Assembly: GCA_963664405.1 (NCBI GenBank)
Contig: OY761158.1
Coordinates: forward strand, 3,232,001 to 3,296,000
Direction of reading: 5' to 3'
Length of the DNA: 64,000 nucleotides
Source of the DNA: Thermoanaerobaculia bacterium
GTDB lineage: Bacteria; Acidobacteriota; Thermoanaerobaculia; Multivoradales; Multivoraceae
The notes beneath the pieces were generated by a model. The model worked only from the letters and a program-made list of their open reading frames with translations, was not told the origin of the DNA and did not search any database. This document shows positions 1 to 9,445 of this stretch, one piece after another. Position numbers and translations under genes: made by a program. The first letter of the stretch is position 1; every line of letters starts with the position of its first letter.

Positions 1-246
1 GTGACCGAGGCCGCGATCCGACTCGGCGCCGTTGCTTCGCTACCTCGCGCCGTCCCGGAAGCTGAGAGTGCTCTCGTGGGTCGCCCCCTCGGCGAAGAAA
101 GCATCCGCGAAGCGGCCGCGCTCTGCCGTCGGGCAGCGACGCCCTTGGACAACACCGATTTCACTGCGCAGTGGCGCGGTCGCATGGTGGAGGTCTACGC
201 CGCTGGGGCTCTGCGCGACTGCGCCGAATCCATACGCGCCGAGTAG
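1..246 (+). CDS. C-terminal part of xanthine dehydrogenase/CO dehydrogenase-family FAD-binding (medium) subunit, 4-hydroxybenzoyl-CoA reductase beta-like; 5' end outside window
   Basis: RLGAVASLPR...AE..LVG...AA......PLDNTDF...WR..MV is the typical C-terminal domain of CoxM/HcrB-type flavoprotein subunits. Confidence 0.7.
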   Translation: MTEAAIRLGAVASLPRAVPEAESALVGRPLGEESIREAAALCRRAATPLDNTDFTAQWRGRMVEVYAAGALRDCAESIRAE

Positions 247-407
247 AAAGAGGATCGCGACTCGGCCCCACGGCGATATAGTCAGGGGTAGGCCCTGTGG
301 ACGCGGGAGGCTCGCGAACCAGAGCATGGCAACGGGGATGACGTACGGTGCAGGACACGTTAGGGTGACCTTCGCGGCGATGCCGGCGAATTAGAGGAGA
401 GTCCCTG

Positions 408-599
408 ATGAGTGTTTCTTCCGGCGGTTTTCTCGAAGGCATCAACAGCCCTTTCGAGCTGGACGACCATGCCAAGGTGCGACCGCGCCCGGCTCCTTGC
501 CATGGTGAGCACTCCGCCGAAGTCCTGACCGAGCTGGGTCTCGATGCCGGGCGCATCGACGAGTTGGTCGAGCGCGGGGTGGTGAAAGCGGGCACCTAG
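408..599 (+). pseudogene. C-terminal remnant of a CaiB/BaiF (class III) CoA-transferase
   Basis: 63 aa SPFELD...RPAPCHGEHSAEVLTELGLDAGRIDELVERGVV matches the conserved CaiB tail (AP.LGEH..EVL.ELG); no N-terminal part upstream. Confidence 0.7.
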
Positions 600-761
600 T
601 GCCGTGTCTCCGACATGGCTTACCAATATCTCGGCCCCTTTTGCCCGCTGCCGTCGTCACGACTCGTCGACATATTCCCAATATGCCTGCCTCGTCGCTC
701 CTTGACAGCGAATAAAATGACCTCGAGCTCTTGGCAAGCCACGTCGGAGACACAACACTAG
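596..761. repeat. CTAG-bounded palindromic (MITE/REP-like) element, copy 1
   Basis: Left arm ctagtgccgtgtctccgacatggcttaccaa is nearly the reverse complement of right arm ttggcaagccacgtcggagacacaacactag; central catatt-ccc-aatatg hairpin. Confidence 0.85.
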
Positions 762-1973
762 ATGACGCCGCTTCTACAGGGTTTGCGCATCGTCGAGGGC
801 TCGGCTTTCGTAGCCGCTCCGCTGGGCGGCATGACTCTCGGTCAGTTGGGCGCCGACGTGATCCGCTTCGACCCCATTGGTGGGGGCCTCGATGTCGGCC
901 GGTGGCCCATCACAGGGGACGGGAAGAGCCTTTACTGGGCGGGGTTGAACAAAGGTAAACGCTCGATCTGCGTCGATATTCGCCGGCCGGAGGGACGGCA
1001 GCTGGTCTACGATCTTGTCGGTCAACCCGATGAGGGAGGGGGCCTCTTCGTTACCAACTTCCCTACCCGGGGGTGGTTGGACTTCGCTACCGTGAAGGCG
1101 GCCACCCGCGAGGATCTGGTGATGGTGAACGTCATGGGGTCGACCGACGGGCGCTCCGCACTGGACTACACCATCAATTGCGCCGTGGGTTATCCCCTCG
1201 CCACCGGTGAGGCGACCCGCGAGGACCCGGTCAATCACATGTTCCCGGCCTGGGACGCGATGACCGGAGTGTCGACCGCACTGGCGCTGCTGGCGGCTGA
1301 GCGCCATCGACTGCGGACTGGCGAAGGGCAGTTGGTGCGACTCTCGCTCGCCGACATCGCTCTGTGGATGGTAGGCAACCTCGGCCACATCGCCGAGGTC
1401 GAGATCAACGGCGCCGATCGTCCGGCCCTGGGCAACGATGTCTTTGGCGCCTTCGGCCGAGACTTCCGTTGCGCCGATGGCGAGCGCATCTACATCGTGG
1501 CTATCACTCGACAGCAGTGGAAGGCGCTGGTTGCCGCAACGGGGATCTCGGAGGCGGTGCAGGGGATCGAGTGTGAGCGAGACATCGACCTCCAAGACGA
1601 GGGCGAGCGCTTTCGTCATCGCGACGAGATCGCCACTCTGGTCGAGCCATGGGTCGCCGCACACTCTCTGGCCGAGCTCGCGCCTATCTTCGACGAGGAG
1701 CGTGTGTGCTGGGGGCGCTACCAGTCGTTCCGTCAGCTGGTAGAAGAAGACCCTCGCTGCTCCGAGGAGAACCCCCTGTTCCAGCGTGTGTCTCAGCCAG
1801 GGATCGGCAGCTACCTGATGCCGGGGTTGCCGATGGATTTCAGTGCCCTGCCGCGAGGCGATGTTCGCCCCGCTCCCCGTCTCGGGCAGCACACCGATGA
1901 GGTCCTGATCGAGATCCTGGGAATGGGCGACTCCCAAGTCGCCCGCCTCCACGATCAAGGCCTAGTGGCCTAG
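762..1973 (+). CDS. mct: CaiB/BaiF-family CoA transferase, probable mesaconyl-CoA C1-C4 CoA transferase (2-methylfumaryl-CoA isomerase)
   Basis: GLRIVEGSAFVAAPLGGMTLGQLGADVIRFDPIGGGLD..RWP...G.SLYWAGLNKGKRS, DYTINCAVG.P, PVNH..PAWD and GND.FGAFGRDF motifs characteristic of the Mct subfamily. Confidence 0.8.
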   Translation: MTPLLQGLRIVEGSAFVAAPLGGMTLGQLGADVIRFDPIGGGLDVGRWPITGDGKSLYWAGLNKGKRSICVDIRRPEGRQLVYDLVGQPDEGGGLFVTNFPTRGWLDFATVKAATREDLVMVNVMGSTDGRSALDYTINCAVGYPLATGEATREDPVNHMFPAWDAMTGVSTALALLAAERHRLRTGEGQLVRLSLADIALWMVGNLGHIAEVEINGADRPALGNDVFGAFGRDFRCADGERIYIVAITRQQWKALVAATGISEAVQGIECERDIDLQDEGERFRHRDEIATLVEPWVAAHSLAELAPIFDEERVCWGRYQSFRQLVEEDPRCSEENPLFQRVSQPGIGSYLMPGLPMDFSALPRGDVRPAPRLGQHTDEVLIEILGMGDSQVARLHDQGLVA

Positions 1974-2136
1974 TGTCCTGTATCAGTAGTTCGTCACACA
2001 ACTCGCTGGCCCTTTTGCGCGCTGCCGTCGTTGCTCCTCCTCGCAATATTGTCCAATATGTCTTCGTCGTAGCGCCTTGGCAGCACCCCAAATGACTGCG
2101 CGATTTATGCAACGAACCACTGATACAGGACACTAG
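1970..2136. repeat. CTAG-bounded palindromic element, copy 2
   Basis: Arms ctagtgtcctgtatcagtagttcgt / acgaaccactgatacaggacactag; core ggcccttttgc.cgctgccgtcgt...atattgtccaatatg...ccttggcagc...aaatgac shared with copy 1. Confidence 0.85.
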
Positions 2137-2179
2137 ACAATCCCTCGCCTTTGAGATGCGCGGTGCCCTGGACGGCCGG

Positions 2180-3265
2180 CTAAAAAACGATGACGCCGCG
2201 GGCGTTGGCTCCGCTCTCGAGATCGGCGAAAGCCTGCGCCGCTTCGTCGATCGAGTAGGTCTTGGTGACCAGGCCCGCTAGGTCGAGCTTGCCGCGGGCG
2301 TCGAGCTCGAGCATCTTCGGAAAGTCGACCGGTGCGTTGACGTTTCCATACATCGATCCTTTGATCGTCTTGCCGCTGAGAGCCAGGAGAAGAGCGCTGA
2401 AACCGACCTCGTCCTTGAACTTGCCGACGCCAACCACGGTGAGTGTGCCGCCTCTGCGCGTTGCCTTGTAGGCCTGCTGAATGACGGCGGGGATGCCGAT
2501 CACCTCGAAGGCGTAGTCGACGCCGATCCCGTTGGTGATCCCCTTGATCACGGCCATCGGATCACCGCTGGCGGCGTTGACCGTATCGGTGGCTCCGAAG
2601 CTCGCCGCCATCTCGAGCTTGTTGTCGGCCATGTCCACGGCGATGATGCGGTCCGCCCCCGCCAGCCTTGCACCCTGGACGACGCAGAGGCCGACGCCGC
2701 CGCAGCCGAAGATGGCGACTGTCGATCCGGGAGCGATCTTCGCGGTCTTGATCGCGGCCCCGACACCAGTCGTCACGCCGCAGCCCACCAGGGCGGCCTT
2801 CTCGAATGAGATGTCTTTGTCGATCGGCACCACACTGATTGCGGGGCAGACGATCTCCTCCGCCATGTTCCCGAGAGAGGTCATTGCGGAGAGGTCCTTG
2901 CCGTCGAGGTGGAGACGGCTGGTGCCGTCGAGCTGAACTCCACCGGGGGGCAGCGCGGTGCAAAGGTGGGACTCATCACGGCGACAGTGGAAGCACTGAC
3001 CGCAGTTGGGGACGAAGCTCATGATCACGTGATCGCCGACGGCGACGTTCGTCACCCCTTCGCCGACTTCGAGGACCACTCCAGCTCCCTCGTGGCCTAG
3101 GACGCAGGGCAGCGGCATCGGGATGGTTCCGTTGATGACTGAGAGATCGGAGTGACACACCCCGCACGCCGCCATCTTGACGTGGACCTCGCCCGCTTTC
3201 GGTGGGTCGAGAGTGACGTCTTCTACGGCCATCTTGTCGAGCTCGTGAACGACGACTGCTTTCAT
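2180..3265 (-). CDS. Zn-dependent alcohol dehydrogenase (class III/AdhD-like)
   Basis: CGVCHSD, LGHEGAG, CGQCFHC...C structural Zn site, GCGGVG NAD site; start MKAVVV at 3265 preceded by AAGGAG. Confidence 0.92.
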   Translation of the reverse strand: MKAVVVHELDKMAVEDVTLDPPKAGEVHVKMAACGVCHSDLSVINGTIPMPLPCVLGHEGAGVVLEVGEGVTNVAVGDHVIMSFVPNCGQCFHCRRDESHLCTALPPGGVQLDGTSRLHLDGKDLSAMTSLGNMAEEIVCPAISVVPIDKDISFEKAALVGCGVTTGVGAAIKTAKIAPGSTVAIFGCGGVGLCVVQGARLAGADRIIAVDMADNKLEMAASFGATDTVNAASGDPMAVIKGITNGIGVDYAFEVIGIPAVIQQAYKATRRGGTLTVVGVGKFKDEVGFSALLLALSGKTIKGSMYGNVNAPVDFPKMLELDARGKLDLAGLVTKTYSIDEAAQAFADLESGANARGVIVF

Positions 3266-3372
3266 TCGCGGCAACTCCTTTTTTCGTCTATTCGGCGGGT
3301 CAGACGTGGACTGCAGATGGTAGCGTACAAACATCGTTCAGAACCGAGCCGAAGTGAGGAGTAGCTCGCAAG

Positions 3373-4818
3373 ATGGCAGAGCCAGAAGCTCGCATCCATC
3401 CATTCACGATGACTGTCGATGGCTACGAAGAGACCAGTTCGGCGACTTTCGGAGTCATTAATCCAGCGACTGGGAAGGTCTTTGCCGAAGCACCGGAGTG
3501 CAGTCGGTCGCTGCTGGACGGAGCCATGGAATCGGCGGCGATTGCCTATCGTGACTGGCGCCGCGACGAGGGTGCGCGACGAGATGCTTTGCTGGCTTGC
3601 GCGGCGCTCTTCAGATCTCGCGTGCAGGAGATCGCACCGATCCTCACTCGCGAGCAGGGTAAGCCCCTGGCTCGAGCCAACGAGGAGGTACTTGCCGCGG
3701 CCGCGTGCTTCGAGTACACCGCCAGCCTGGAGATCCCCACTGAGCTTCTTCACGAGACGTCTGAAGGGCGTGTCGAGGTGCGAAGACGCCCCCTTGGCGT
3801 CGTAGCCGCGATCACTCCTTGGAACTACCCGCTGATCCTTGCAGTACGGAAGGTCGCGCCGGCCCTGCTCGCAGGCAACACGGTCGTTCTCAAGCCTTCT
3901 CCGTTCACTCCTCTCTCGACCCTCAAAGCGGGGGAGATCCTGCGGGCGGTTCTACCGCCCGGCGTTCTCAACGTCATCTGCGGTGGCGACGAGCTCGGGG
4001 CCTGGATGACGAGTCATCCGCTGCCGAGGAAGATCTCTTTCACCGGATCGGTCGCGACCGGCAAGAAGGTCGCGTTGTCTGCCGCGCCGGATCTCAAACG
4101 ACTCACCCTCGAGCTCGGCGGTAACGACGCCGCCATCGTTTTGCCCGACCTCGATCCGGACCGGGTCGCCCGAGACCTGTTCTGGGGTGCTTTTGCCAAT
4201 TCGGGGCAGACCTGCAGCGCGATAAAGAGGCTCTACGTCCACGAAGACCAGTCTCCGGCGATGCTCGAAGCACTGGCCAGGCAGGCTCGCGCGGTGAAGA
4301 TGGGCGACGGGTTCGAGGATGGAGTGGAGCTCGGCCCGGTCAACAATCGACCTCAGTTCGAGAGAGTGATCGAGCTGGTGGAGGATGCGAGAGATGCAGG
4401 TGCAACGGTGCACGCCGGCGGATTTCCCCGCGACGGTGGCGGCTACTTCTTCTCCCCGACGATTGTCTCCGGCGTTCAGGAGGGGGTGCGCCTGGTCGAC
4501 GAGGAGCAGTTCGGACCGGCGCTTCCGGTAATTCCCTATGCGGAGCTCGACGACGCGATCGAGCGCGCCAACGCCACCAAGTACGGTCTCTCTGGGTCGG
4601 TTTGGTCGAGCGACACCGCTCTCGCCGCCGCTGTCGCGAGTCGATTGGAATGTGGCACGGTATGGGTCAATCAGCACCTCACGGATCTTCCTTCGACGCC
4701 CTTCGGCGGTGCCAAGTGGTCGGGTATCGGGGCGGCGAATGGCAGCTGGGGCCTTCTCGGCTACACTCAGATCCAGACGGTCAATATCAGGGGAGTCGCC
4801 GGGGGCTCGCCGGCCTGA
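3373..4818 (+). CDS. Aldehyde dehydrogenase
   Basis: ITPWNYP, KPSPFTP, SFTGS, LELGGND, catalytic Cys in NSGQTCSA, EEQFGP. Confidence 0.93.
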   Translation: MAEPEARIHPFTMTVDGYEETSSATFGVINPATGKVFAEAPECSRSLLDGAMESAAIAYRDWRRDEGARRDALLACAALFRSRVQEIAPILTREQGKPLARANEEVLAAAACFEYTASLEIPTELLHETSEGRVEVRRRPLGVVAAITPWNYPLILAVRKVAPALLAGNTVVLKPSPFTPLSTLKAGEILRAVLPPGVLNVICGGDELGAWMTSHPLPRKISFTGSVATGKKVALSAAPDLKRLTLELGGNDAAIVLPDLDPDRVARDLFWGAFANSGQTCSAIKRLYVHEDQSPAMLEALARQARAVKMGDGFEDGVELGPVNNRPQFERVIELVEDARDAGATVHAGGFPRDGGGYFFSPTIVSGVQEGVRLVDEEQFGPALPVIPYAELDDAIERANATKYGLSGSVWSSDTALAAAVASRLECGTVWVNQHLTDLPSTPFGGAKWSGIGAANGSWGLLGYTQIQTVNIRGVAGGSPA

Positions 4819-4940
4819 ATCTCTTGGCCTCGGACCTTCCTTAGCCTCTGTTTCGGCGATCGAGCCGAGGCAGGAGCCCTTCGTCGACCTGGTATCGTGA
4901 TTCCAGTGGAGACCGCAGGGACCGCTTTGGAGATGGGCTT

Positions 4941-7118
4941 GTGACGTTGCCCCTCGAGGAGATTCAGGGGAAGTACGAGATCCTCCAGAAGATCAAAGAG
5001 GGGGGCATGGGGGCGATTTACAAGGTCCGCCACCTCCTTCTCGATGAAGTCCGCATCATCAAAGTCATCCGGCCGCAGTATGCCGACGATGCGGCCCTGC
5101 AAAGTCGCTTCCGCCGCGAGGCGCGCGCGGCGATCCGATTGAGACACCCCAACATCGCTCAGCTTTACGACTTTTCGGTCGACGAGGCCGGCGAGGCGTA
5201 CATGGTGATGGAGTTCATCGACGGAGTGACTCTTCGCGAGATGCTCACCGCCAGTGGCCCCCCGTCACTTCCCTTGTCTCTCGAGATCGCGCGCCAGGGC
5301 TTGCGGGCGCTGCGTTATCTGCATCAGCAGTCCTACGTCCACCGCGACATCGCGCCCGACAATCTGATGCTGACCCGAGACTTCGAAGGTAAGCCGCTGG
5401 TCAAGCTCATCGACCTGGGGATCATCAAGCACTTGGAGGGCGAGCAGGTCGAGCTCACGGGTACCGGGATGTTTCTAGGTAAGGTGCGCTACTCCTCGCC
5501 GGAACAATTCTCCGGTAAGAAGACCGAGGTCACGGCGTGCAGTGATCTGTACTCGTTCGGCGTCATGCTCTACGAGATGGTGACCGGCGTGTTCCCTTTC
5601 GAGGGAGAGAGCATGTCGGACCTCATCGCAGCGCACCTCTTCGATCCGCCAAGGGATTTCTCCGAGACCGATCCCGAAGGGCGAATCCCTGCCGAGGTGC
5701 GCCAATCGCTCATGCAGTCCCTCGAGAAGGATCCCGCCAAGAGAGTCGGGTCGGCAGAGAAGTTTCTGGAGCTTCTTGCCGATCAGGGTTCGAGTGATTC
5801 TCTCAATCAGGATCTCGATCTGACACTCGACACGACGATCAATCTTCTGGCGGTCGATCGCGTCCGCGAGGTGGGATCGACACAAGGGCGACTCGACAAC
5901 CAGTTCGGTCTTCACGCGACTCCGCCACCGCCACCGGCGACGCCCGCCGTCGCCGGTCCGGCTCTCTTGCCCGAGGCGGAGACTCTCACCAACTCGATCG
6001 GGGCCCGGTCCACCGGCGGCTCGCGGGGGCCGCTTCTATGGGGGAGTGTGATCGTCGCGGCAGTGGCGCTCGGTCTGCTGGTCTGGCAGCTCGTGGACCG
6101 ACCGAGCCCGCCGAAGGAGGCTGTTGTCGTCACCCGAACCGCTGCGGATGTGTTCGACGAAGCCGCCGGTGTGGTGAGCGAGCCTTCGATCGACGAGGTA
6201 GCGGCACAGGCAGTTGAACGAGCCGTGGTAGAGGAGCGCGGCTCTGGTGCCGATCGGCCGGGACCTCCGGGGCCCCGCGGCGGGAGGCCGCCGCCGAGAG
6301 AGCATCGCTTGCCCTCGCCGCCATTGGAAGGCGGCGGCGGAGAACCGGCTCCGCGCGAGGGCGGTAGGCCGGTGCCGGCGGCTCGTCTTCCTGCGCGCTT
6401 TCGTGTTTCCTCATCGCTGGTACGGCCACCGCCTCCGCCTCGAGACCGGCTTGCGGTTCCAGACGACCGCGTCGCAGATGTCCGTCAGGTTGGCAGTGAG
6501 GCCAGGCTTGTTCAGCCCGTGGCCGAGGAGGTCGAGGCGCAAGAGAGCCAGCCACTGCAGCCGCAAGACCAACCTGAAGTGTCGCCGACACCGAGAGTTT
6601 ACGGCCCGGTTGCGGAGCTGACCGGTGATGGATCGAAGATCGTCGGCAAGAACGTCGGGCGACTCAAGGGGCGGTGGCTTGCAGTGGCGGACGTGGCAGT
6701 GCTCGCGACCTATGACAGCGTCTACGTCGGCGAAATCCACTTCGATCTTACGCGGAGGGCCGCCGGCCAGACCGGCGCACCCATCGACGAGGAGACGCTG
6801 AAGGGCGAGCTCCGTGAACTGCTGCTACTGAGACTCGAGGAAGCGTCCCTCTTTCAGGAGGTCATGGAAGGCAGGCCGGGCGATGACGACGTGGCCTATC
6901 TGCGCCTCAACCTCAGCTTAGAGCAGGGAAGCGGCGCTGCGAAGCCGACCTACATCCTCGAGATCCACCTTCTGGACCACGAGTCCGAAGAAGAGATCGG
7001 CCGCTACCACGCCTATGGTACCGGGCGCGTCGCTCGAGGGGCGGGGCGCAGAACAACACAGGACGAGGTTCAGGAGAGCGCCGAAGAGTTCGTGGAGCTT
7101 CTTGCAAAGACGCGTTGA
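4941..7118 (+). CDS. Hanks-type Ser/Thr protein kinase with one TM helix, Pro-rich linker and extracytoplasmic C-terminal domain
   Basis: GGMGAIY, HPNIAQLYD, HRDIAPDN, DLG, YSSPEQ, DLYSFG; TM segment LLWGSVIVAAVALGLLVW. Confidence 0.9.
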   Translation: MTLPLEEIQGKYEILQKIKEGGMGAIYKVRHLLLDEVRIIKVIRPQYADDAALQSRFRREARAAIRLRHPNIAQLYDFSVDEAGEAYMVMEFIDGVTLREMLTASGPPSLPLSLEIARQGLRALRYLHQQSYVHRDIAPDNLMLTRDFEGKPLVKLIDLGIIKHLEGEQVELTGTGMFLGKVRYSSPEQFSGKKTEVTACSDLYSFGVMLYEMVTGVFPFEGESMSDLIAAHLFDPPRDFSETDPEGRIPAEVRQSLMQSLEKDPAKRVGSAEKFLELLADQGSSDSLNQDLDLTLDTTINLLAVDRVREVGSTQGRLDNQFGLHATPPPPPATPAVAGPALLPEAETLTNSIGARSTGGSRGPLLWGSVIVAAVALGLLVWQLVDRPSPPKEAVVVTRTAADVFDEAAGVVSEPSIDEVAAQAVERAVVEERGSGADRPGPPGPRGGRPPPREHRLPSPPLEGGGGEPAPREGGRPVPAARLPARFRVSSSLVRPPPPPRDRLAVPDDRVADVRQVGSEARLVQPVAEEVEAQESQPLQPQDQPEVSPTPRVYGPVAELTGDGSKIVGKNVGRLKGRWLAVADVAVLATYDSVYVGEIHFDLTRRAAGQTGAPIDEETLKGELRELLLLRLEEASLFQEVMEGRPGDDDVAYLRLNLSLEQGSGAAKPTYILEIHLLDHESEEEIGRYHAYGTGRVARGAGRRTTQDEVQESAEEFVELLAKTR

Positions 7119-7132
7119 CGGGAGCGCTCCTA

Positions 7133-9433
7133 CTAGCCTTTGATGATCTCGACTTTGACGGGACCCTTGACTCGCATCATGCACGCGAGTCGACACTCTC
7201 CGGGCTCCAACTCGCAGAGCTCCTCGAGAGTCTCGCGCTCCTGGGCGCTGGGCTCGCCATCGACGTTCTCGCGGCCGCTCAGAATGCGCACCGGGTCGCT
7301 ACCGCAGATGCCGGCGTGACACTCGGCGGTGATGTCTACACCTTGTGCCTCGGCGAGCTCGCAAACTGTTTGCCCCTTGGCGATGGGGAGTGTCTCGCCG
7401 CTGTCGGCGAATGTGACTTGCACGCCTGCGTCATCAGCGCTCGCTGGCCCCTCCTCGGGTGCAGGCTCGACCGAGGGAGTTGGCGGTGCCGGGCGTGACG
7501 AGGTTGGCTCAGCGACTGGGGGGTCGAGCACCTGATCGTCGCGTAGGCAGAAACCCAGAGTCTGCTGCCCAACCCGAAATTGATCACCGTGCTCCAGGCG
7601 CTTGGCACTTCTCACCCGGAGGTAGGTGCCATTGGCGCTGCCGAGGTCCTTGACGACGATCGAATCCGCCTCGACCGAGAGCGCGAGATGTCGCCTCGAC
7701 AGCGTTCGATCATCGGCGTCGAGGGTGACGTCAGGCGCCTGGCGGCCCAGTACCGTTGGCTTTTCGGATAGCTCATGGCGGCCGACTTCTGTGCCCTTCT
7801 GGTCGTAGTGGATGAACGACGAGCGACCGTCACTGTGGGAGACGACGAGGAATTGGTGACCGGCTCGCACCAGGTCTCGATTTTCGAGCTTTCTCTTTGC
7901 CGCGGGTGGGACGCGCAGAAAGACGCCCGTTGAGCTGCCATCGTCGCGGAGGAAAAAACCGTCATCTCCGTGGGAGATCGAAGCGTGGCGTGCCGACAAT
8001 AAAGTGTCGTTGGGCAGCATCACATCGCAGTCGCTGGCGCGGCCGATCGTGGTGACACCGGTCGCGGCGACCGGGTACTCGTCCGCCTCTACGCCGCTGG
8101 GAAGGAGCCGGACGAGGAAGGCACCTCGGCTCTCACCGGCCGCGGGATCCTCCTCATGGCCTTCGACAGAAGGACCCGACGCCGCGACGACCTGCGCCAC
8201 CGGCACCGAGGGCGGCACTTGGACCTCGTCGTCGGCATCTTCGACATGAACGTCGATGTGCTCATGGCCCTCGAGTCTCTGACGAATCGCTTCAGCGACC
8301 AGGACTCCGTCTCTCAACGCAGACTTGATGTTCCCGCGATGCTTGACCTCGCGCAGCTCGCGAGGGTCACAGTCGAAGTCCAAGGTCTCGAAGTGTGCCT
8401 GGCTGAGGACGTCGCCGACGAGAAAGACTCCCGGCTGGCAGGTTTCCAGCCAGGGGGTTACCACCATCCTCTTCTTGTTCCTTGGCCCGCCGGTCGCCAT
8501 CCTGACGCCACACGATCCCAGCAGCCCTTCGGGTATGTCTTCACCGATACACGCTATACAGCTGGTTTTGGGGAACTCGAGATGAGTTGTTTCGCTGGGT
8601 CGTCCGTTTATGCTTCGTCGGTCGACACGGAGCGACAGATACTCACGATGGTCGCCGGCGGTGACGATGGCAGAGGGCTCGCTGAGCGGGCAGTAGCGGA
8701 TATTTCCATTACCGACGTAGGCTTCGAAGAAGACCTCCGCCAAGGCCTTGGAGACTCGTGGCAACCGGTCACCCCGATAAGACCAGTAAATCGCGCTGTT
8801 GTCGTCCGCTTCGATCTTGGCGTTCGAGATCGCGATCACGGCCTCCGCAGCTGAAGTTCCTCCTCCGACTACGCATGCCGGGCTCCCTACGTAGTGCTCC
8901 GCCTCAGAGAGGCGAAATGCGATGCCGTCGGTGTTGCCCGGGATGTCGAAGCGTCGCGGCACTCCCCGGCCGATAGCGAGCACCGCACAGCGCGCCAGAA
9001 AGGTGTGGTCGCAGCGATCCGAGTGATTCCAGGTCTTGACCTCGAGGATGCCGTCGGGCCTTCGATCGATGGCGGTGAGCTCGAAACCGATTCTGGACTC
9101 GATCTCGTGCTTGGCGTGGAGGGCCTTGAAGCTGGTGCAGAGCTGGTCCTTGTCGATCGGCGAGAACTGAAGCCCGGCGACCAGATCCCCGCCCTTGGGG
9201 AAGCGCATTTTGTCGCCGCCTCCGAAATCGGGAAGGATGAGCTTGTCTTTCGAGTAGTCGCGGATCCTCTTCATCAAGTCGTCATACTCGATGACCAGTG
9301 CCTCGATGCCGAGCTCTCTGCAGCGAAGCGCGGCCGCCGTGCCTCCGGGGCCACCGCCGACGATCAGCGCATCGACGATCGATTTTGAAGTGCTCTCTTC
9401 ACTCACCCCTTCTTGCGTCTTGCCTTCACTCAC
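7133..9433 (-). CDS. Fusion protein: TrxB/FNR-like FAD/NAD(P)H oxidoreductase + 2 FHA domains + C-terminal [2Fe-2S] ferredoxin
   Basis: IVGGGPGG (FAD), VVGGGTSAAE and SYRG (NADPH-type), PGVFLVGD; FHA motifs IGR...SARHA...GSSTG and LGR...SRRH...GSANG; CHAGICGSD...RLAC ferredoxin. Confidence 0.85.
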   Translation of the reverse strand: MSEGKTQEGVSEESTSKSIVDALIVGGGPGGTAAALRCRELGIEALVIEYDDLMKRIRDYSKDKLILPDFGGGDKMRFPKGGDLVAGLQFSPIDKDQLCTSFKALHAKHEIESRIGFELTAIDRRPDGILEVKTWNHSDRCDHTFLARCAVLAIGRGVPRRFDIPGNTDGIAFRLSEAEHYVGSPACVVGGGTSAAEAVIAISNAKIEADDNSAIYWSYRGDRLPRVSKALAEVFFEAYVGNGNIRYCPLSEPSAIVTAGDHREYLSLRVDRRSINGRPSETTHLEFPKTSCIACIGEDIPEGLLGSCGVRMATGGPRNKKRMVVTPWLETCQPGVFLVGDVLSQAHFETLDFDCDPRELREVKHRGNIKSALRDGVLVAEAIRQRLEGHEHIDVHVEDADDEVQVPPSVPVAQVVAASGPSVEGHEEDPAAGESRGAFLVRLLPSGVEADEYPVAATGVTTIGRASDCDVMLPNDTLLSARHASISHGDDGFFLRDDGSSTGVFLRVPPAAKRKLENRDLVRAGHQFLVVSHSDGRSSFIHYDQKGTEVGRHELSEKPTVLGRQAPDVTLDADDRTLSRRHLALSVEADSIVVKDLGSANGTYLRVRSAKRLEHGDQFRVGQQTLGFCLRDDQVLDPPVAEPTSSRPAPPTPSVEPAPEEGPASADDAGVQVTFADSGETLPIAKGQTVCELAEAQGVDITAECHAGICGSDPVRILSGRENVDGEPSAQERETLEELCELEPGECRLACMMRVKGPVKVEIIKG

Positions 9434-9445
9434 GTCTCGCTCACC

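Noticed and set aside
596-2136. Integron attC-cassette interpretation of the palindromes
   Set aside because: No RYYYAAC/GTTRRRY ends and no integrase seen in the window
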